DNA from: Rickettsiales bacterium
GTDB taxonomy: Bacteria; Pseudomonadota; Alphaproteobacteria; Rs-D84
NCBI GenBank assembly: GCA_031288835.1
Contig: JAITQO010000006.1
Span: 54,884 to 118,883 of the forward strand
DNA: 64,000 nt
Reading direction: 5' to 3'
Under the pieces are notes generated by a model. The model saw only the letters and a list, made by a program, of their open reading frames with translations. It did not search any database and had not been told where the DNA came from. Shown here piece after piece: positions 21,358-31,631 of the stretch (positions within the stretch are counted from its first letter, which is position 1; every line of letters starts with the position of its first letter). The position numbers and the translations under genes are program-made.

Positions 21358-22019
21358 AGCGCAACGGCGGCGACCTCGGCGCGCAGGATTGTTCCGCCCA
21401 GACGCGCGCCGATTGCGCCGGCCGCGTCCAGCGCGGCGAACTCCGCGTCCGAAAAACCGCCCTCGGGGCCGACCATCAGCGACAGTTCCGGCGCCCCGCG
21501 GCGAGCCGGCGGAGCCGGGCGCCGCACGGACTCGGCGGATTCGGGCTCGGCGGCCTTTCTTTCGTCACCGTAGACGATTGTCCGTTTGTCCAGCGCGGCG
21601 AACGGAATCGGCTCGCGCAGCTCGGGAACGGAGCCGCGCCCCGACTGCTCGCAATTCTCGACAATGATTTTCCGCATGCGCGCCCAGTTGACGCGCCGCG
21701 CGACGGTTCGCTCGGTAATCACGGGCTGCAAGATTCCCGCGCCGAACTGGACTACGCCCGCAATCAGGTCTTCCGCGCGCTTGATCGGCGCGAAGCAAAA
21801 CGTCCATTCGCCGGACGGGTCGCGGCGTTCCGTCGAACTACGAATTACGAATCGCGAACGGCCGATTATCTCGGCCTCGTATTCTTTCCCGCCGTTGAAC
21901 GCCAAGAACCTGTCCGCCCGCATCACATGGGCCAGATAATGATGCTGTTCGGAAGACAGTTCGAACTGCTTTCCGACCTCAAGCGGCATGTCGATAAAAA
22001 CCCGCGGCGACGCTTTCAT
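21336..22019 (-). CDS. rsmE: 16S rRNA (uracil1498-N3)-methyltransferase
   Basis: 227 aa. PUA-like N-terminus. C-terminal LGPEGGFS..E......G......LG..ILR.E motif of the RsmE SPOUT family. Confidence 0.75.
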   Translation of the reverse strand: MKASPRVFIDMPLEVGKQFELSSEQHHYLAHVMRADRFLAFNGGKEYEAEIIGRSRFVIRSSTERRDPSGEWTFCFAPIKRAEDLIAGVVQFGAGILQPVITERTVARRVNWARMRKIIVENCEQSGRGSVPELREPIPFAALDKRTIVYGDERKAAEPESAESVRRPAPPARRGAPELSLMVGPEGGFSDAEFAALDAAGAIGARLGGTILRAEVAAVALCAKCLL

Positions 22020-22075
22020 AATTCATAACTATTTTTCGCCTGCGGCGAAAAATCTTTTGTGCTATAATAGTAAAC

Positions 22076-24268
22076 ATGAAGAAGAGTTTCAAGTTATTAT
22101 CGGTATCAGGAGAGGGAAAGGGACTCGGCATATTCCGCTCGTCCGCGTATAAGGAGCACGACCGCGACCCGATGGCGCAGCTGTTCTGGATTATGCGCTG
22201 GAACGTCTTCGTATGGGTCGTCTGCTTTCTCGGGTTCGGGTTTGGGTTCGCGGCCGAGCACATATGGCGATACGGATGGTCTCCGGCGACGGCGAAATGG
22301 TGCGAATTGTTCCTGCACAACGTGCTTTATTCCGGAACGCTGTCGATTTTCGCGGAAATACCGGCGTGGCTCGGGCGCGTGTTTCTCAGGACGGACATCG
22401 CGACAGTCGCGCCCGTCGTCCCGCTGATTCTATACCACATGCTGCGGAACGACACGCTGGAAAAGGAGCTGAATCCGCACGGCAAGGACAAGTTCGATGA
22501 AAAATCGTCCAAAAAGGCGACCAAGGCGGAGATTAAAAAAATGGGGCTGCTCGACGGCTTCATGATAGTTTTGGGATATTTCGAGAAAAAGCCGCTGAAA
22601 ATGCCCGAAACGCTGTCGGCTTTGTGCGTCGCGCCGCCCGGCACCGGAAAAACCGCGGGCGTGGTCGTGCCGACAGTGTTCGAGTGCGCCGAAAGCGTGT
22701 CGATGATTATCAACGACCCAAAGCCGGAACTGAAGCAAATCGCGTCCGGCTGGTGCGCGAAGCACGGATTCGTGTTCATAATGAACTGGGCCGGACAGGA
22801 CAACCCGACGCGGAATATTTATTACCCGTCGTGGAACCCGCTGTCGCCGACGCACGTCCCGTTCCAGGAAGAGCAGCGGGACCTTTACATCGACTCCATC
22901 TGCGCGGTTCTGATTCCGGACAAGGCGGCCAGCACGGCGGACCCGCACTGGACGATTTCCGGGCGCGCGGCCCTGTCCGGGCTGGTGCAGTTCATGGTGT
23001 CGAAGATAGACAAGGCCAAGGCGGACGACTATTTTTACGCGCGCCTCAGGGCGGGGGCGTTCGACAACGACGACGCCGCGATTCTGGGCGAATACTACAC
23101 GATGATGAACGACCCGAACGCCGAGGCGGCGCGGGCGCTGCTCGCGGCCGGGCAGCTGTCCGCGGCGAACTATGTCCACGTCGGAACGTGGCGGAACATT
23201 CCGTCCAGTTGGTTCGGGCACGAGGCGTCGCTGTCCATGATTCTGGACTGGCTGAACATGAATCAAATCAGAATCGCAGAGGAGACGGAGCAGAGGCGGA
23301 AAAACGGCGACCAGATGGTGATAATGGCGGACCCGATGCGCGACCTGTTCACCGACGCGGTGGACGAGGCGCGGCAATACGGATACGCGCACCGTTCGAT
23401 TCTGGAACTGACGCAGCTGGCGAACACGCCGGACAAGGAGCGCGGCTCGATTCTGTCCACGGTAATGGCGGGGCTCGGCATTTTCCGGAACGCGGCGGTC
23501 AGGAACAGAACCAGCCATTCGGACTTTCACTTTTCGGACTTGCGCGGAATCAAAGACCCCAAGGACGGAAAATGGAAGCCGGTGCACGTGTTTCTGTCCA
23601 TAAACCTGGTCGACGCGGACGCGGTGAATCCGATAACGGCGATATTCATAGAATTGATGAGCCAGTTCCTGCTGGCCAACCTGCCGGACGGCGTGCACGC
23701 GGGCGAGAAGCTGGGCCCGTTCCCCGTTCTGTTCGTGCTGGACGAGTTCCCGAAGATGCAAAGGCTGCAGGCCGTGATTCAGGGGCCCGACCTCGGGCGC
23801 GGATGCAAGGTCTCGTATCTGGTCATCGGGCAGGACCTGCACCAGATTTCTGAGCGATACGGCGCGGACGCGGCGGCGACAATCATGTCGACTACGGCGG
23901 CGAAAATCGTGCTGCGCCAGAACGACGTGGAGACCGCGACCAAGTTCTCGAAAATGATAGGGATGGAAATCAAAAAGAAAATGCAGAAAGTCGGGGAAAA
24001 AGAGGAAGAGATGCCCGATTCCAAGGACCTTTACAGCGAAATGGACATACGGACGCTGGACGACAAAAAGCAGCTGGTCATCTACCAGGGGTGGGCCAGG
24101 CGCCCGATAGAGGCGGACAAACAATACTGGTTCAACACGGATTCGCTGAAAAACCGGGCTCTGCCGGAATCGGCCCCGCTGCCGGAGCATCTTGTTCCCC
24201 AGCACATTCGCGCCATGGGATACGACGAGGCCAAAATCAGAGAAATTCAGGAAAGAATGAAGAAGTAA
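22076..24268 (+). CDS. virD4: type IV secretion coupling protein (VirD4/TraG family)
   Basis: Two N-terminal TM helices. Walker A CVAPPGTGKTAGVVVPT. Walker B VLFVLDEFPKM. Conserved GQDLHQISERYG...TAAKIVLRQND.ETA.KFS..IG block of TraG/VirD4. Confidence 0.7.
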   Translation: MKKSFKLLSVSGEGKGLGIFRSSAYKEHDRDPMAQLFWIMRWNVFVWVVCFLGFGFGFAAEHIWRYGWSPATAKWCELFLHNVLYSGTLSIFAEIPAWLGRVFLRTDIATVAPVVPLILYHMLRNDTLEKELNPHGKDKFDEKSSKKATKAEIKKMGLLDGFMIVLGYFEKKPLKMPETLSALCVAPPGTGKTAGVVVPTVFECAESVSMIINDPKPELKQIASGWCAKHGFVFIMNWAGQDNPTRNIYYPSWNPLSPTHVPFQEEQRDLYIDSICAVLIPDKAASTADPHWTISGRAALSGLVQFMVSKIDKAKADDYFYARLRAGAFDNDDAAILGEYYTMMNDPNAEAARALLAAGQLSAANYVHVGTWRNIPSSWFGHEASLSMILDWLNMNQIRIAEETEQRRKNGDQMVIMADPMRDLFTDAVDEARQYGYAHRSILELTQLANTPDKERGSILSTVMAGLGIFRNAAVRNRTSHSDFHFSDLRGIKDPKDGKWKPVHVFLSINLVDADAVNPITAIFIELMSQFLLANLPDGVHAGEKLGPFPVLFVLDEFPKMQRLQAVIQGPDLGRGCKVSYLVIGQDLHQISERYGADAAATIMSTTAAKIVLRQNDVETATKFSKMIGMEIKKKMQKVGEKEEEMPDSKDLYSEMDIRTLDDKKQLVIYQGWARRPIEADKQYWFNTDSLKNRALPESAPLPEHLVPQHIRAMGYDEAKIREIQERMKK

Positions 24269-24358
24269 AAAAAAAAAGCAAACTGTCTGCGGCCGACGAA
24301 ACGACATTTGCGCGCAATCCGGCGACCATTGCTATCAGACTGCCGATTCCTTGCCAAA

Positions 24359-25066
24359 ATGCTAAGAATATCGAAATTTTTATCGGATGCCGGAATCGCC
24401 AGCAGAAGGGACGCGGAGAAAATGATTCTCGCCGGCCGGGTGTCCGTGAACGGGGAAAAAATCGAGACGCCCGTGTTCTTCGTCGACGGCGCGGAAAAAA
24501 TAACCGTCGACGGCAAACCCGTCCCGAATCGCGGCGCGGAAACCGCGAGCCGCGCCGGCCGAACGCCGGCCGTATACCTGTTTCACAAGCCGGCGGGATG
24601 CATATGCTCGGCGCGCGACCCGGAAGGGCGCAAAACGATTTACGATATCCTGCCGGAAAAATACCGGAACCTGAAATACGTCGGGCGATTGGACTATAAT
24701 ACCAGCGGGCTGCTTCTGATGACCGACAGCGGCGATTTCGCCAGAAAAATGACCCTGCCCGATTCCGAAATCCCGCGAACATACGTCGCGAAACTCGGAC
24801 GGACGTGGACGATGGACGACGAAACGGTCGGCCGCCTGCTGAAGCCGGTCCGCCGGGGCGCGAAAATCGACGGCACGATTTACAGGCCGATGAAGATAGA
24901 GCGGCTGAACGCGACGGACTTCAAGATAACGGTCACGGAGGGGAAAAAGAACGAAATCCGCGTCATATTCGACCATATCGGGCTGCCGGTCCGGAAACTG
25001 CACCGCATTTCTTATGGAAAATACGAGCTCGGCGGCCTGCCCGCCGGAAAAATAATTAAATCTTGA
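24359..25066 (+). CDS. rRNA pseudouridine synthase (RsuA/RluB family) with N-terminal S4 domain
   Basis: S4 domain (RISKFLSDAGIASRR). Catalytic GRLDYNTSGLLLMT motif. Confidence 0.75.
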   Translation: MLRISKFLSDAGIASRRDAEKMILAGRVSVNGEKIETPVFFVDGAEKITVDGKPVPNRGAETASRAGRTPAVYLFHKPAGCICSARDPEGRKTIYDILPEKYRNLKYVGRLDYNTSGLLLMTDSGDFARKMTLPDSEIPRTYVAKLGRTWTMDDETVGRLLKPVRRGAKIDGTIYRPMKIERLNATDFKITVTEGKKNEIRVIFDHIGLPVRKLHRISYGKYELGGLPAGKIIKS

Positions 25067-25109
25067 CTTTCTTTCAAGGGGGTATATTATTGACAAAAAA
25101 GGATTTCTT

Positions 25110-25310
25110 ATGCCCCAGAAAAACAATAGACAAAAGACCATAAAGAAGTCTGAAAAAATGTCTGAAAAAGCCAGGCTCGATAACCTGGCCTATGCGAACG
25201 GCATGATTGCGGAAATATCGCGCGCGGAAGAAAACGGGTTCCTGAGCAAGACCGGCGCGGACGAACTGTTGAAAACCTATTACGCGATGAACGAGAAATA
25301 TTCGCACTGA
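25110..25310 (+). CDS. small hypothetical protein (66 aa)
   Basis: ORF with plausible codon usage. No similarity recognised. Confidence 0.25.
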   Translation: MPQKNNRQKTIKKSEKMSEKARLDNLAYANGMIAEISRAEENGFLSKTGADELLKTYYAMNEKYSH

Positions 25311-25353
25311 ATCCGGACATTGCCCGCCAATCGGAAAAACAAAGGAATAAATC

Positions 25354-25854
25354 ATGAAGAAAAAACCATACTTCGTGTCGTTTGAAATAAAACGCACACA
25401 AAGTTCGAGCGACTGGTCCGGCAAAAAAATGAAAATGCCCATAATTCTGTTCGACGAACGCCAATACTTTCCGCTCACGCGGGAATATTACGACACCGTG
25501 CCGGAGTTCACGGCGCCGGTTCTGACATTTCCGCCGCGTTACCCCCTGCTCCGCTCCGTCGGCCTCATCACATACGTGGGGCGCAATTTTGGCGAAATAA
25601 CGGACGCGTGGCTGCCCAGGGGAACGACTTTTAATGACCTGCGCGTATTCGCCGCCATCGAGGACGACGTTTGCGGCCATTGCAATCTGGGGTGCGGACG
25701 GACAAAAAATTGGCCGACGCATGCGGAAAGGGAGGCGGAATCGCCGTGCGGCCTGGTCTGCCCGCATCAACGGGAACTTTACAAGACGCTTTTTAAAGGC
25801 GGCACTCTGCGCCATAATCTTATCATCCGGCATCTTGTGTGGGCCGGCCGGTGA
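25354..25854 (+). CDS. hypothetical protein with Cys cluster (CGHCNLGCG...CGLVCPHQ)
   Basis: 166-aa ORF. AAGGA-like SD (caaaggaataaatcATG). Confidence 0.4.
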   Translation: MKKKPYFVSFEIKRTQSSSDWSGKKMKMPIILFDERQYFPLTREYYDTVPEFTAPVLTFPPRYPLLRSVGLITYVGRNFGEITDAWLPRGTTFNDLRVFAAIEDDVCGHCNLGCGRTKNWPTHAEREAESPCGLVCPHQRELYKTLFKGGTLRHNLIIRHLVWAGR

Positions 25855-26060
25855 ACATCGCCCGCGGCGCGGCGATATGACGAAGCCGCCCCCTTCCGCA
25901 TTGGATTCGCAGTCCTTTGTTTTAAAATACCGGCAAAAACCCGCCGAAAAATCAAACCGGGATTTTTCGGCGGGTTTTTGTAGAATTAGTTTGTTTTCCA
26001 TTTGACATTACATAAATAGTTATGTAACATAACGATATAAAGAAACGAAAAGATTCAGAA

Positions 26061-26255
26061 ATGCCGGTAAGACAAACCGCGGATGAGTTGGAAAAAATGG
26101 TAAAAAAAGACAATTGATTCCTCGTGCGCGCAAACGGTTCCCACCGTCATTACAATCACCCGATAAAACCTGGGACTGTAACTATACCGATGCACAAAGG
26201 CACGATGAGTCCAAAAACGGCAAAAAGCATACCTAAGCAGGCGGGATTAAAATAA
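26061..26255 (+). pseudogene. hicA: HicA mRNA-interferase toxin with an in-frame TGA at codon 19 replacing a conserved Trp
   Basis: Translation across the TGA gives ...KKDN*FLVRANGSHRHYNHPIKPGTVTIPMHKG...IPKQAGL. This matches the HicA GSHxxF.HP...V.VP.H motif. The TGA sits where HicA has Trp in GW..VR. Confidence 0.55.
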
Positions 26256-26266
26256 AGGATGCGAAC

Positions 26267-26686
26267 ATGGCGCAATATATAGCATTTATCGAACTAGAAC
26301 GCGGGCAATCGGGCGATATGCTCGGCGTGGCGTTTCCCGACTTTCCCGGGCTGGCGTCCGCCGGCGACGATTATGCGTCGGCATACCGCAACGCGCACGA
26401 GGCATTGTCCGGCCATGCCGATGTCATGAAAAAACATGGCGAAAGAATACCGAATCCGCGCACGTTGGAACAAATAGAGAAAGAATGGGACGATTTCCCG
26501 GACTGGAAAGATACAAAATATGCGGTCGCGTATATCGACCTGCTGCCGTCCAGCGAAACCAAACGCTATACTATTTCAATGGATGCCAAACTGATGGCTC
26601 GCATAGATTCCCGCACAAAAAACCGTTCGGCATTCCTGGCATCGGCAGCGGAACGCATGCTATCGGACAATAGAATGAAAGCATAA
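26267..26686 (+). CDS. hicB: HicB-family antitoxin with C-terminal ribbon-helix-helix
   Basis: N-terminal UPF0150/HicB fold (AFPDFPGLASAGDDYASAYRNAHEAL). C-terminal RHH (KRYTISMDAKLMARID). Begins 12 nt after the hicA stop. Confidence 0.7.
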   Translation: MAQYIAFIELERGQSGDMLGVAFPDFPGLASAGDDYASAYRNAHEALSGHADVMKKHGERIPNPRTLEQIEKEWDDFPDWKDTKYAVAYIDLLPSSETKRYTISMDAKLMARIDSRTKNRSAFLASAAERMLSDNRMKA

Positions 26687-26785
26687 AAACCATTTCGCAA
26701 GGGTGTTCCGACGTTAATTTTGGGACATATTGCGCCCCCAACAGGCGCCGCCGCAGGGGAAACCGGACGACAGAATGAATTATCA

Positions 26786-26889
26786 GTTATAAGCTATAAA
26801 TTATAAGTCGGCAAAGCTTGCAGGCAGTACAAATATTCTATAAAAACATGCCTTCGCGACACGATGGCTTATAATTTACAGCTTATAGC
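26786..26889. mobile_element. MITE-like element, copy B (same family as 9439..9542), full-length terminal inverted repeats
   Basis: GTTATAAGCTATAAATTATAAGTC ... GGCTTATAATTTACAGCTTATAGC. Ends 3 bp from the fabG stop codon. Confidence 0.55.
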
Positions 26890-26891
26890 TT

Positions 26892-27629
26892 TCAGAACCT
26901 TCCCAACCCGCCGTTCACATGGATTGTCTGGCCGTTGACATAGGCCGCCTCGTCCGACGCCAAAAACACGGCGGCGGCGGCGACATCCGACGGCTCGCCA
27001 AAACGGCCGGCCGGGATTTGCTTCAAATACGCGTCCTTCAGCTCGTCGGGCAGGACGTCCGTCATCGGCGATTTTATGAATCCGGGCGCGATGCAGTTCG
27101 CGGCGACGCCCCTGCCCGCGACCTCGGCCGCAATCGATTTGGTCAGCGCGATTATTCCGCCCTTCGACGCGGCATAGTTCGCCTGCCCGGGCCCGCCGAT
27201 TATCCCGACAATCGACGCCATGTTTATAATACGCCCGGAACGACGCGCCATCATCGGCCGGACAGCCGCGCGGCAGAGACGGAAAATCGTCCGAAGATTC
27301 ACGTTCAAAACGTCGTCGAACTGCTCGTCCGTCATGCGCATCAAAAGAGTGTCCTTTGTAATTCCGGCGTTGTTCACCAGAATATCGATTCCGCCGGCCT
27401 TCTCAATCGCCTCTTTGACCAGCCTCTCGGCCTCGCCCGCTTCGGACAGGTCGGCCGAAATGACGAGGCTTTTGTCCCCGGCGATTTTTTTCGCGGCATC
27501 CAGTTTCGCCACGTCGCGGCCGGTCAGAACGACCCTGGCGCCCTGCCCCGCGAACGCGGCGACCAGCCCCTGCCCTATTCCGCCGGTCGCGCCGGTAATC
27601 AAAACGACTTTGTTCTTCAAATCAAACAT
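26892..27629 (-). CDS. fabG: 3-oxoacyl-ACP reductase
   Basis: SDR family. TGATGGIG Rossmann motif. Catalytic S...Y...K. 245 aa. Confidence 0.85.
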   Translation of the reverse strand: MFDLKNKVVLITGATGGIGQGLVAAFAGQGARVVLTGRDVAKLDAAKKIAGDKSLVISADLSEAGEAERLVKEAIEKAGGIDILVNNAGITKDTLLMRMTDEQFDDVLNVNLRTIFRLCRAAVRPMMARRSGRIINMASIVGIIGGPGQANYAASKGGIIALTKSIAAEVAGRGVAANCIAPGFIKSPMTDVLPDELKDAYLKQIPAGRFGEPSDVAAAAVFLASDEAAYVNGQTIHVNGGLGRF

Positions 27630-27692
27630 ATTTTCTCCTTTTTCATATCATACGACACTGATGCCGCGTTCTCAACCTCCGCTGGAAAATAA

Positions 27693-28235
27693 TTACAAAA
27701 CCGAAGCGGGAGGGGACGCGGCGGGCGCCGGCGCGGTTTTTTCACACTCCTCCGCCTTCCTTCCCGGGAATAACACCTGCGCCGGATTCATATACAATTT
27801 TCTATTGCCGTCATACATGACCGTCACGACGTAATTACCCCTGCCGTCCCTATGCATCCCCGCTCTGCCGATGACCTCGGCCTGCTTTACGCTCGCGCCT
27901 TCCTTCGCATGCTCCATCGGCTTCACATTCCATACGTCAATCTCGCGATTGCTCGCGGCGCACGCGATGCTGATATACTTCAGCCCGCGCTCGTTGTCCG
28001 GCAGGTCGGAGGGCGCGTTTTTTGCCGGCGCATCCCCGATTTTGCGAATCTTTCCGTCGCACGAGGCAAAAACGATATCCCCTTCCTCGATGGACGTCGG
28101 CATGGGAATCGGATTTTCGGACGTGCAAACTTTGTCATAATCGATTTTGACGGGCGCGGATTTCACCGATGTCTTTTTGGCGGACGCGCACGCCGCCATA
28201 ATCGGCAAAAGCAAAACCAGATTTCTAATTTTCAT
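27693..28235 (-). CDS. lipoprotein, possibly degenerate M23/LytM-like
   Basis: Start at MKIRNLVLLLPIMAACAS (lipobox). C-terminal region loosely resembles the M23 peptidase core. Low certainty. Confidence 0.4.
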   Translation of the reverse strand: MKIRNLVLLLPIMAACASAKKTSVKSAPVKIDYDKVCTSENPIPMPTSIEEGDIVFASCDGKIRKIGDAPAKNAPSDLPDNERGLKYISIACAASNREIDVWNVKPMEHAKEGASVKQAEVIGRAGMHRDGRGNYVVTVMYDGNRKLYMNPAQVLFPGRKAEECEKTAPAPAASPPASVL

Positions 28236-28327
28236 TATTTTCGGCCTTCCAACCGCGGCAATCATAAACAAAAAGCGCGCAAAAACAAAACATTTTCGAA
28301 AAAATGCGGCCGGCGGCGGCGCGGTTT

Positions 28328-28347
28328 CTTATTTCACATGAAATAAG
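28328..28347. promoter_or_regulatory. isolated parS-like palindrome CTTATTTCACATGAAATAAG
   Basis: Same 20-mer as the cluster at 32371-33541. Matches the parS consensus tGTTtCAcGTGAAAca at 14 of 16 positions. Confidence 0.45.
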
Positions 28348-28351
28348 GATA

Positions 28352-29254
28352 TTATAATTCCAGCTTATAACAGTTCAATTCCGGCGCAATGCGTTTGACA
28401 AGCCCGGTCAGAACGTTTCCGGGGCCGATTTCGACCACTTCGTCAATCCCCAGCGCCGGCATGTTCAGAACGCTTTCGCGCCAGCGCACCCCGTGCGTCA
28501 ACTGATAAACCAGCGATTCCTTTATCTCCGCGGTGTCCGTCATGACGCCCGCCGTCTTGTTGGAGATTAGCGGACATATCGGGCTTTTCCATTCGATTTC
28601 ATCGAGCGCCGCGCGGATGCCTTCGACGGCCGGCCGCATCAGTCCCGAATGCGCTGGCACCGACACAGACAGCACTTTCGCGATTTTCGCCCCGCGCCCC
28701 TTCGCCAATTCGACCGCCTTTTCGACGGCCGCCGAATATCCGGAAATAACGGTCTGCCCCGGACTGTTGTCATTCGCCACTTCGCATATTCCGGCCGCGG
28801 CCGCGTCGGCGCAAATAGCCGGAACGTCCCCGACGCCTATAATCGCGGCCATCGCGCCGACTCCGGATGGCGCCGCGTCCTGCATCAGCTCGCCCCTTTT
28901 GCGCAAAAGCCGCGCCATGGCGCCGACTCCTACGGAACCGGCCGCGCAAAGCGCCGAATACTCGCCCAACGAATGGCCGGCGACAAAATCGGGCGGCGGC
29001 GGCCCCAACGCGTCCGGCGACGCCTTCCATCCGAGATACATGGCCATCGATACGGCGAAAACCGCAGGCTGAACGTTTTTCGTCAGGTTCAGTTCCTCGG
29101 CCGGCCCGTTGAAAATCAAGTCCGACAATTTCTCGCCCAGCGCGTCGTCAACCTCGTCGAACACGGCGCGCGCCATAGGATTTTTGTCATACAAAACCTT
29201 TCCCATTCCGACGCTTTGGCCCCCCTGCCCCGGAAAAACATAACATTTGCCCAT
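28352..29254 (-). CDS. fabD: malonyl-CoA:ACP transacylase
   Basis: GQGGQSVGMGK and GHSLGEYSAL active-site motifs. 300 aa. Confidence 0.85.
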   Translation of the reverse strand: MGKCYVFPGQGGQSVGMGKVLYDKNPMARAVFDEVDDALGEKLSDLIFNGPAEELNLTKNVQPAVFAVSMAMYLGWKASPDALGPPPPDFVAGHSLGEYSALCAAGSVGVGAMARLLRKRGELMQDAAPSGVGAMAAIIGVGDVPAICADAAAAGICEVANDNSPGQTVISGYSAAVEKAVELAKGRGAKIAKVLSVSVPAHSGLMRPAVEGIRAALDEIEWKSPICPLISNKTAGVMTDTAEIKESLVYQLTHGVRWRESVLNMPALGIDEVVEIGPGNVLTGLVKRIAPELNCYKLEL

Positions 29255-29297
29255 TTTTTGCTCCTTTGTCCCGCAACCCGACGGAAAAATCCCCGGC

Positions 29298-30977
29298 CTA
29301 TTTCAATCTTTTCAATTTTCTTTCCACTTCGCTTTTTATGACCAAGCCGTCGCCGGACAGGGAAATCGCCTTTTCATACGCCTGCGCCGCCCCCGACTTT
29401 TCCCCGTCCCGGGCGCGGAAATCGCCCAAATGCATGAACAATTCCGAGCATTCCTCGGCAACGCGGCCGACTTTTTCCAAGATTTCCCGCGCCGGGCCCG
29501 CGCCCTCTTTGGCGAAAACGACCATCGCCAGAATATCCCAGTTCTCGACATTTCCCGGAAACGCCCTTACCAGGGAAATGGCATAGCGGTATGCCTCGTC
29601 CAGATTCTTTTTTCTCGCCGCCCAAACGCGCGCGGACAACCCCATGACCCCGGCGTCAAGCGGCGACAATTTCAGCGCCTCGGCCAAATCCCCTTCGGCC
29701 GACTCGTAATCGCCGGACATATAAAAAGTCTGCGCCCGCATTTTCAACAGATACGCCCTGCCCGCCTCGGGCACGTTGCCCCGCTCCAGCGCCCTGTCCA
29801 AAATCCTGAGATTGGCGTTTTCCCGGCCGTCCTGCATATTTTTCCGCCACAATTTCTGTATAGCAGGAACAAAAAGGGGATGATGCCTGATAATCCTGTT
29901 CATTCTGCGTTCGGCTTTCGGCGAGAATCCGTTTTTTTCGGCCTCTTTCATATCCACGAACGGGGCGTAAATCGGATTGCTCTTCAGTTTGTTCCAATAT
30001 TTTTTATAATTCTCGCTGCCCGCCGAATAAAAGTATCCGCCGGTGTAATAATTGAGCGCGTCGTTCCCGCCCCCAATCATGGCGGCTATGCGGAGAATCA
30101 GCAGGCCCGAATCCGTGAATCCCTGCTCTCCGCCATGGGACACGTTCTGAACCAGCCCCGCGGACAGCATTTTCTGGAACGAATCGTAAACGCCCCAGTC
30201 CTCTTTCAAATCCAAGTCCGCCATGAACATCCCGCCCGGACTGCCCACCCATTTTTTACGAAGTTCGGCGGCGTCTTTCGAAAAACCGTTCTTTTTATAG
30301 AAAGACATGACCATGTGATAGTCGCCCAGGTTCATGAACGACGTGGGAACGCGGCCGAAAAACCCGCGCGCGGTTTTCGGATTGCCCGTCGCGGCGTATA
30401 CGGCGCCCTTGGCGAAGTTCTTCCACGAATCCGTCGCCCGCGCGTTTTTGTCTATGAAGGCGATTGCATTCCGGAATTTTCCTATGCCGACGGACGACCA
30501 AATCCGGAACGGCGCGAATATCTGGGATTGCTCGTTCTTGAAAATCCCGTGGACGGCCGCCCATTTTCCGTCGCGGGCCATGGTCGACGCGCCTATCAGG
30601 CGAAAGGCGAAGATGTTGATTTTTTTCAGGCTCTGAATATTTTTCACGTCCGCGGAGTCCAGGAACATGACAAGGCTCTGCGTCGCGGCGACGGATTCGC
30701 TTTTTTTGTCCTTCATCTTGCCCAGGAACTCCAGCGCCCTTTCAAAGTCGTCCGCGAACACCGCATGCTGCGCGGCCAGCCAGTTGCCGAAACGGGATTC
30801 CCGATTCGGGAACCTGGAACCGAGAGCCGACAGCCGGGACGGCAGGCAGGAGAAATAAGCGCCGGCGAAACCGGACGCGAAACCGGCCAAAAAAAACATC
30901 CATGAAAAAACGCGCCCTTTCGATTTGCCCATGATTAAAGACATGATAAACGAAACCGCCGCCAAAATCAATCCCAA
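29298..30977 (-). CDS. membrane-anchored TPR-repeat protein
   Basis: N-terminal TM segment and several TPR-like repeats in the C-terminal third. 559 aa. Confidence 0.55.
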   Translation of the reverse strand: MGLILAAVSFIMSLIMGKSKGRVFSWMFFLAGFASGFAGAYFSCLPSRLSALGSRFPNRESRFGNWLAAQHAVFADDFERALEFLGKMKDKKSESVAATQSLVMFLDSADVKNIQSLKKINIFAFRLIGASTMARDGKWAAVHGIFKNEQSQIFAPFRIWSSVGIGKFRNAIAFIDKNARATDSWKNFAKGAVYAATGNPKTARGFFGRVPTSFMNLGDYHMVMSFYKKNGFSKDAAELRKKWVGSPGGMFMADLDLKEDWGVYDSFQKMLSAGLVQNVSHGGEQGFTDSGLLILRIAAMIGGGNDALNYYTGGYFYSAGSENYKKYWNKLKSNPIYAPFVDMKEAEKNGFSPKAERRMNRIIRHHPLFVPAIQKLWRKNMQDGRENANLRILDRALERGNVPEAGRAYLLKMRAQTFYMSGDYESAEGDLAEALKLSPLDAGVMGLSARVWAARKKNLDEAYRYAISLVRAFPGNVENWDILAMVVFAKEGAGPAREILEKVGRVAEECSELFMHLGDFRARDGEKSGAAQAYEKAISLSGDGLVIKSEVERKLKRLK

Positions 30978-31094
30978 TCGAAATTCGAAACAAAATCCAA
31001 GCGAGGTTTTGTCATCCCGACGCCTTTCTCCTTGCCATTCCCGCGTTTTTTGTCACCCCGGCGCAGGGCGGGGCGGGAATAGGGTCTTTCATTC

Positions 31095-31245
31095 CTATAC
31101 GCAAAAACTTTGTTCGAGGGAGGCGGAATGTGAAAAGCATGCGGCAAGGCGCGCTTGTTCTTTGCGCATTGTTATTCGCTCTTCATTATCTGAAAAGGCG
31201 GCTCGCTTCGCCCGCACTTTATAGACCCTATTCCCGCCTTCGCGG
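31095..31245. repeat. inverted copy of the 20650-20862 composite repeat, ending in ATTCCCGCCTTCGCGGGAAT
   Basis: The reverse complement of 31100-31150 matches 20770-20830. The dRS3-like palindrome is at 31221-31240. Further partial copies at 31320-31400, 35085-35140 and 38588-38610. Confidence 0.5.
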
Positions 31246-31631
31246 GAATGACAAATGTAAAAAGCGGCGGGAATGACAAATGTGAAAAGATAGGAGAATG
31301 CCAAGCGTATTTCACTGCCGTTCGAGCAAAGTTTTTGTTTGCAGGACTGAAAATCCCATTCCCGCCGGAGTTTACCCCCGCAGAAAGCGGAGGCGGGAAT
31401 GACAAAGAGAAGCCGCTCATCCACCAACCATTCTGAAGTTCGCGACCTTCGGCGCGATTTCGGAATGACGGAGAGAAGAGTTGCGCCATGCGGCGGCGCA
31501 ACGGAATGGCGGCGCCTTTGTCAATATCTTACCTCATCACCTGTCGTTTTCCGGTCCCTTTTCCTCCGTCCCTCGTCCTTTTTTCCCCTTGCCCATATTC
31601 GCCTCTTTGATATAATGGCGCCGACAGACAA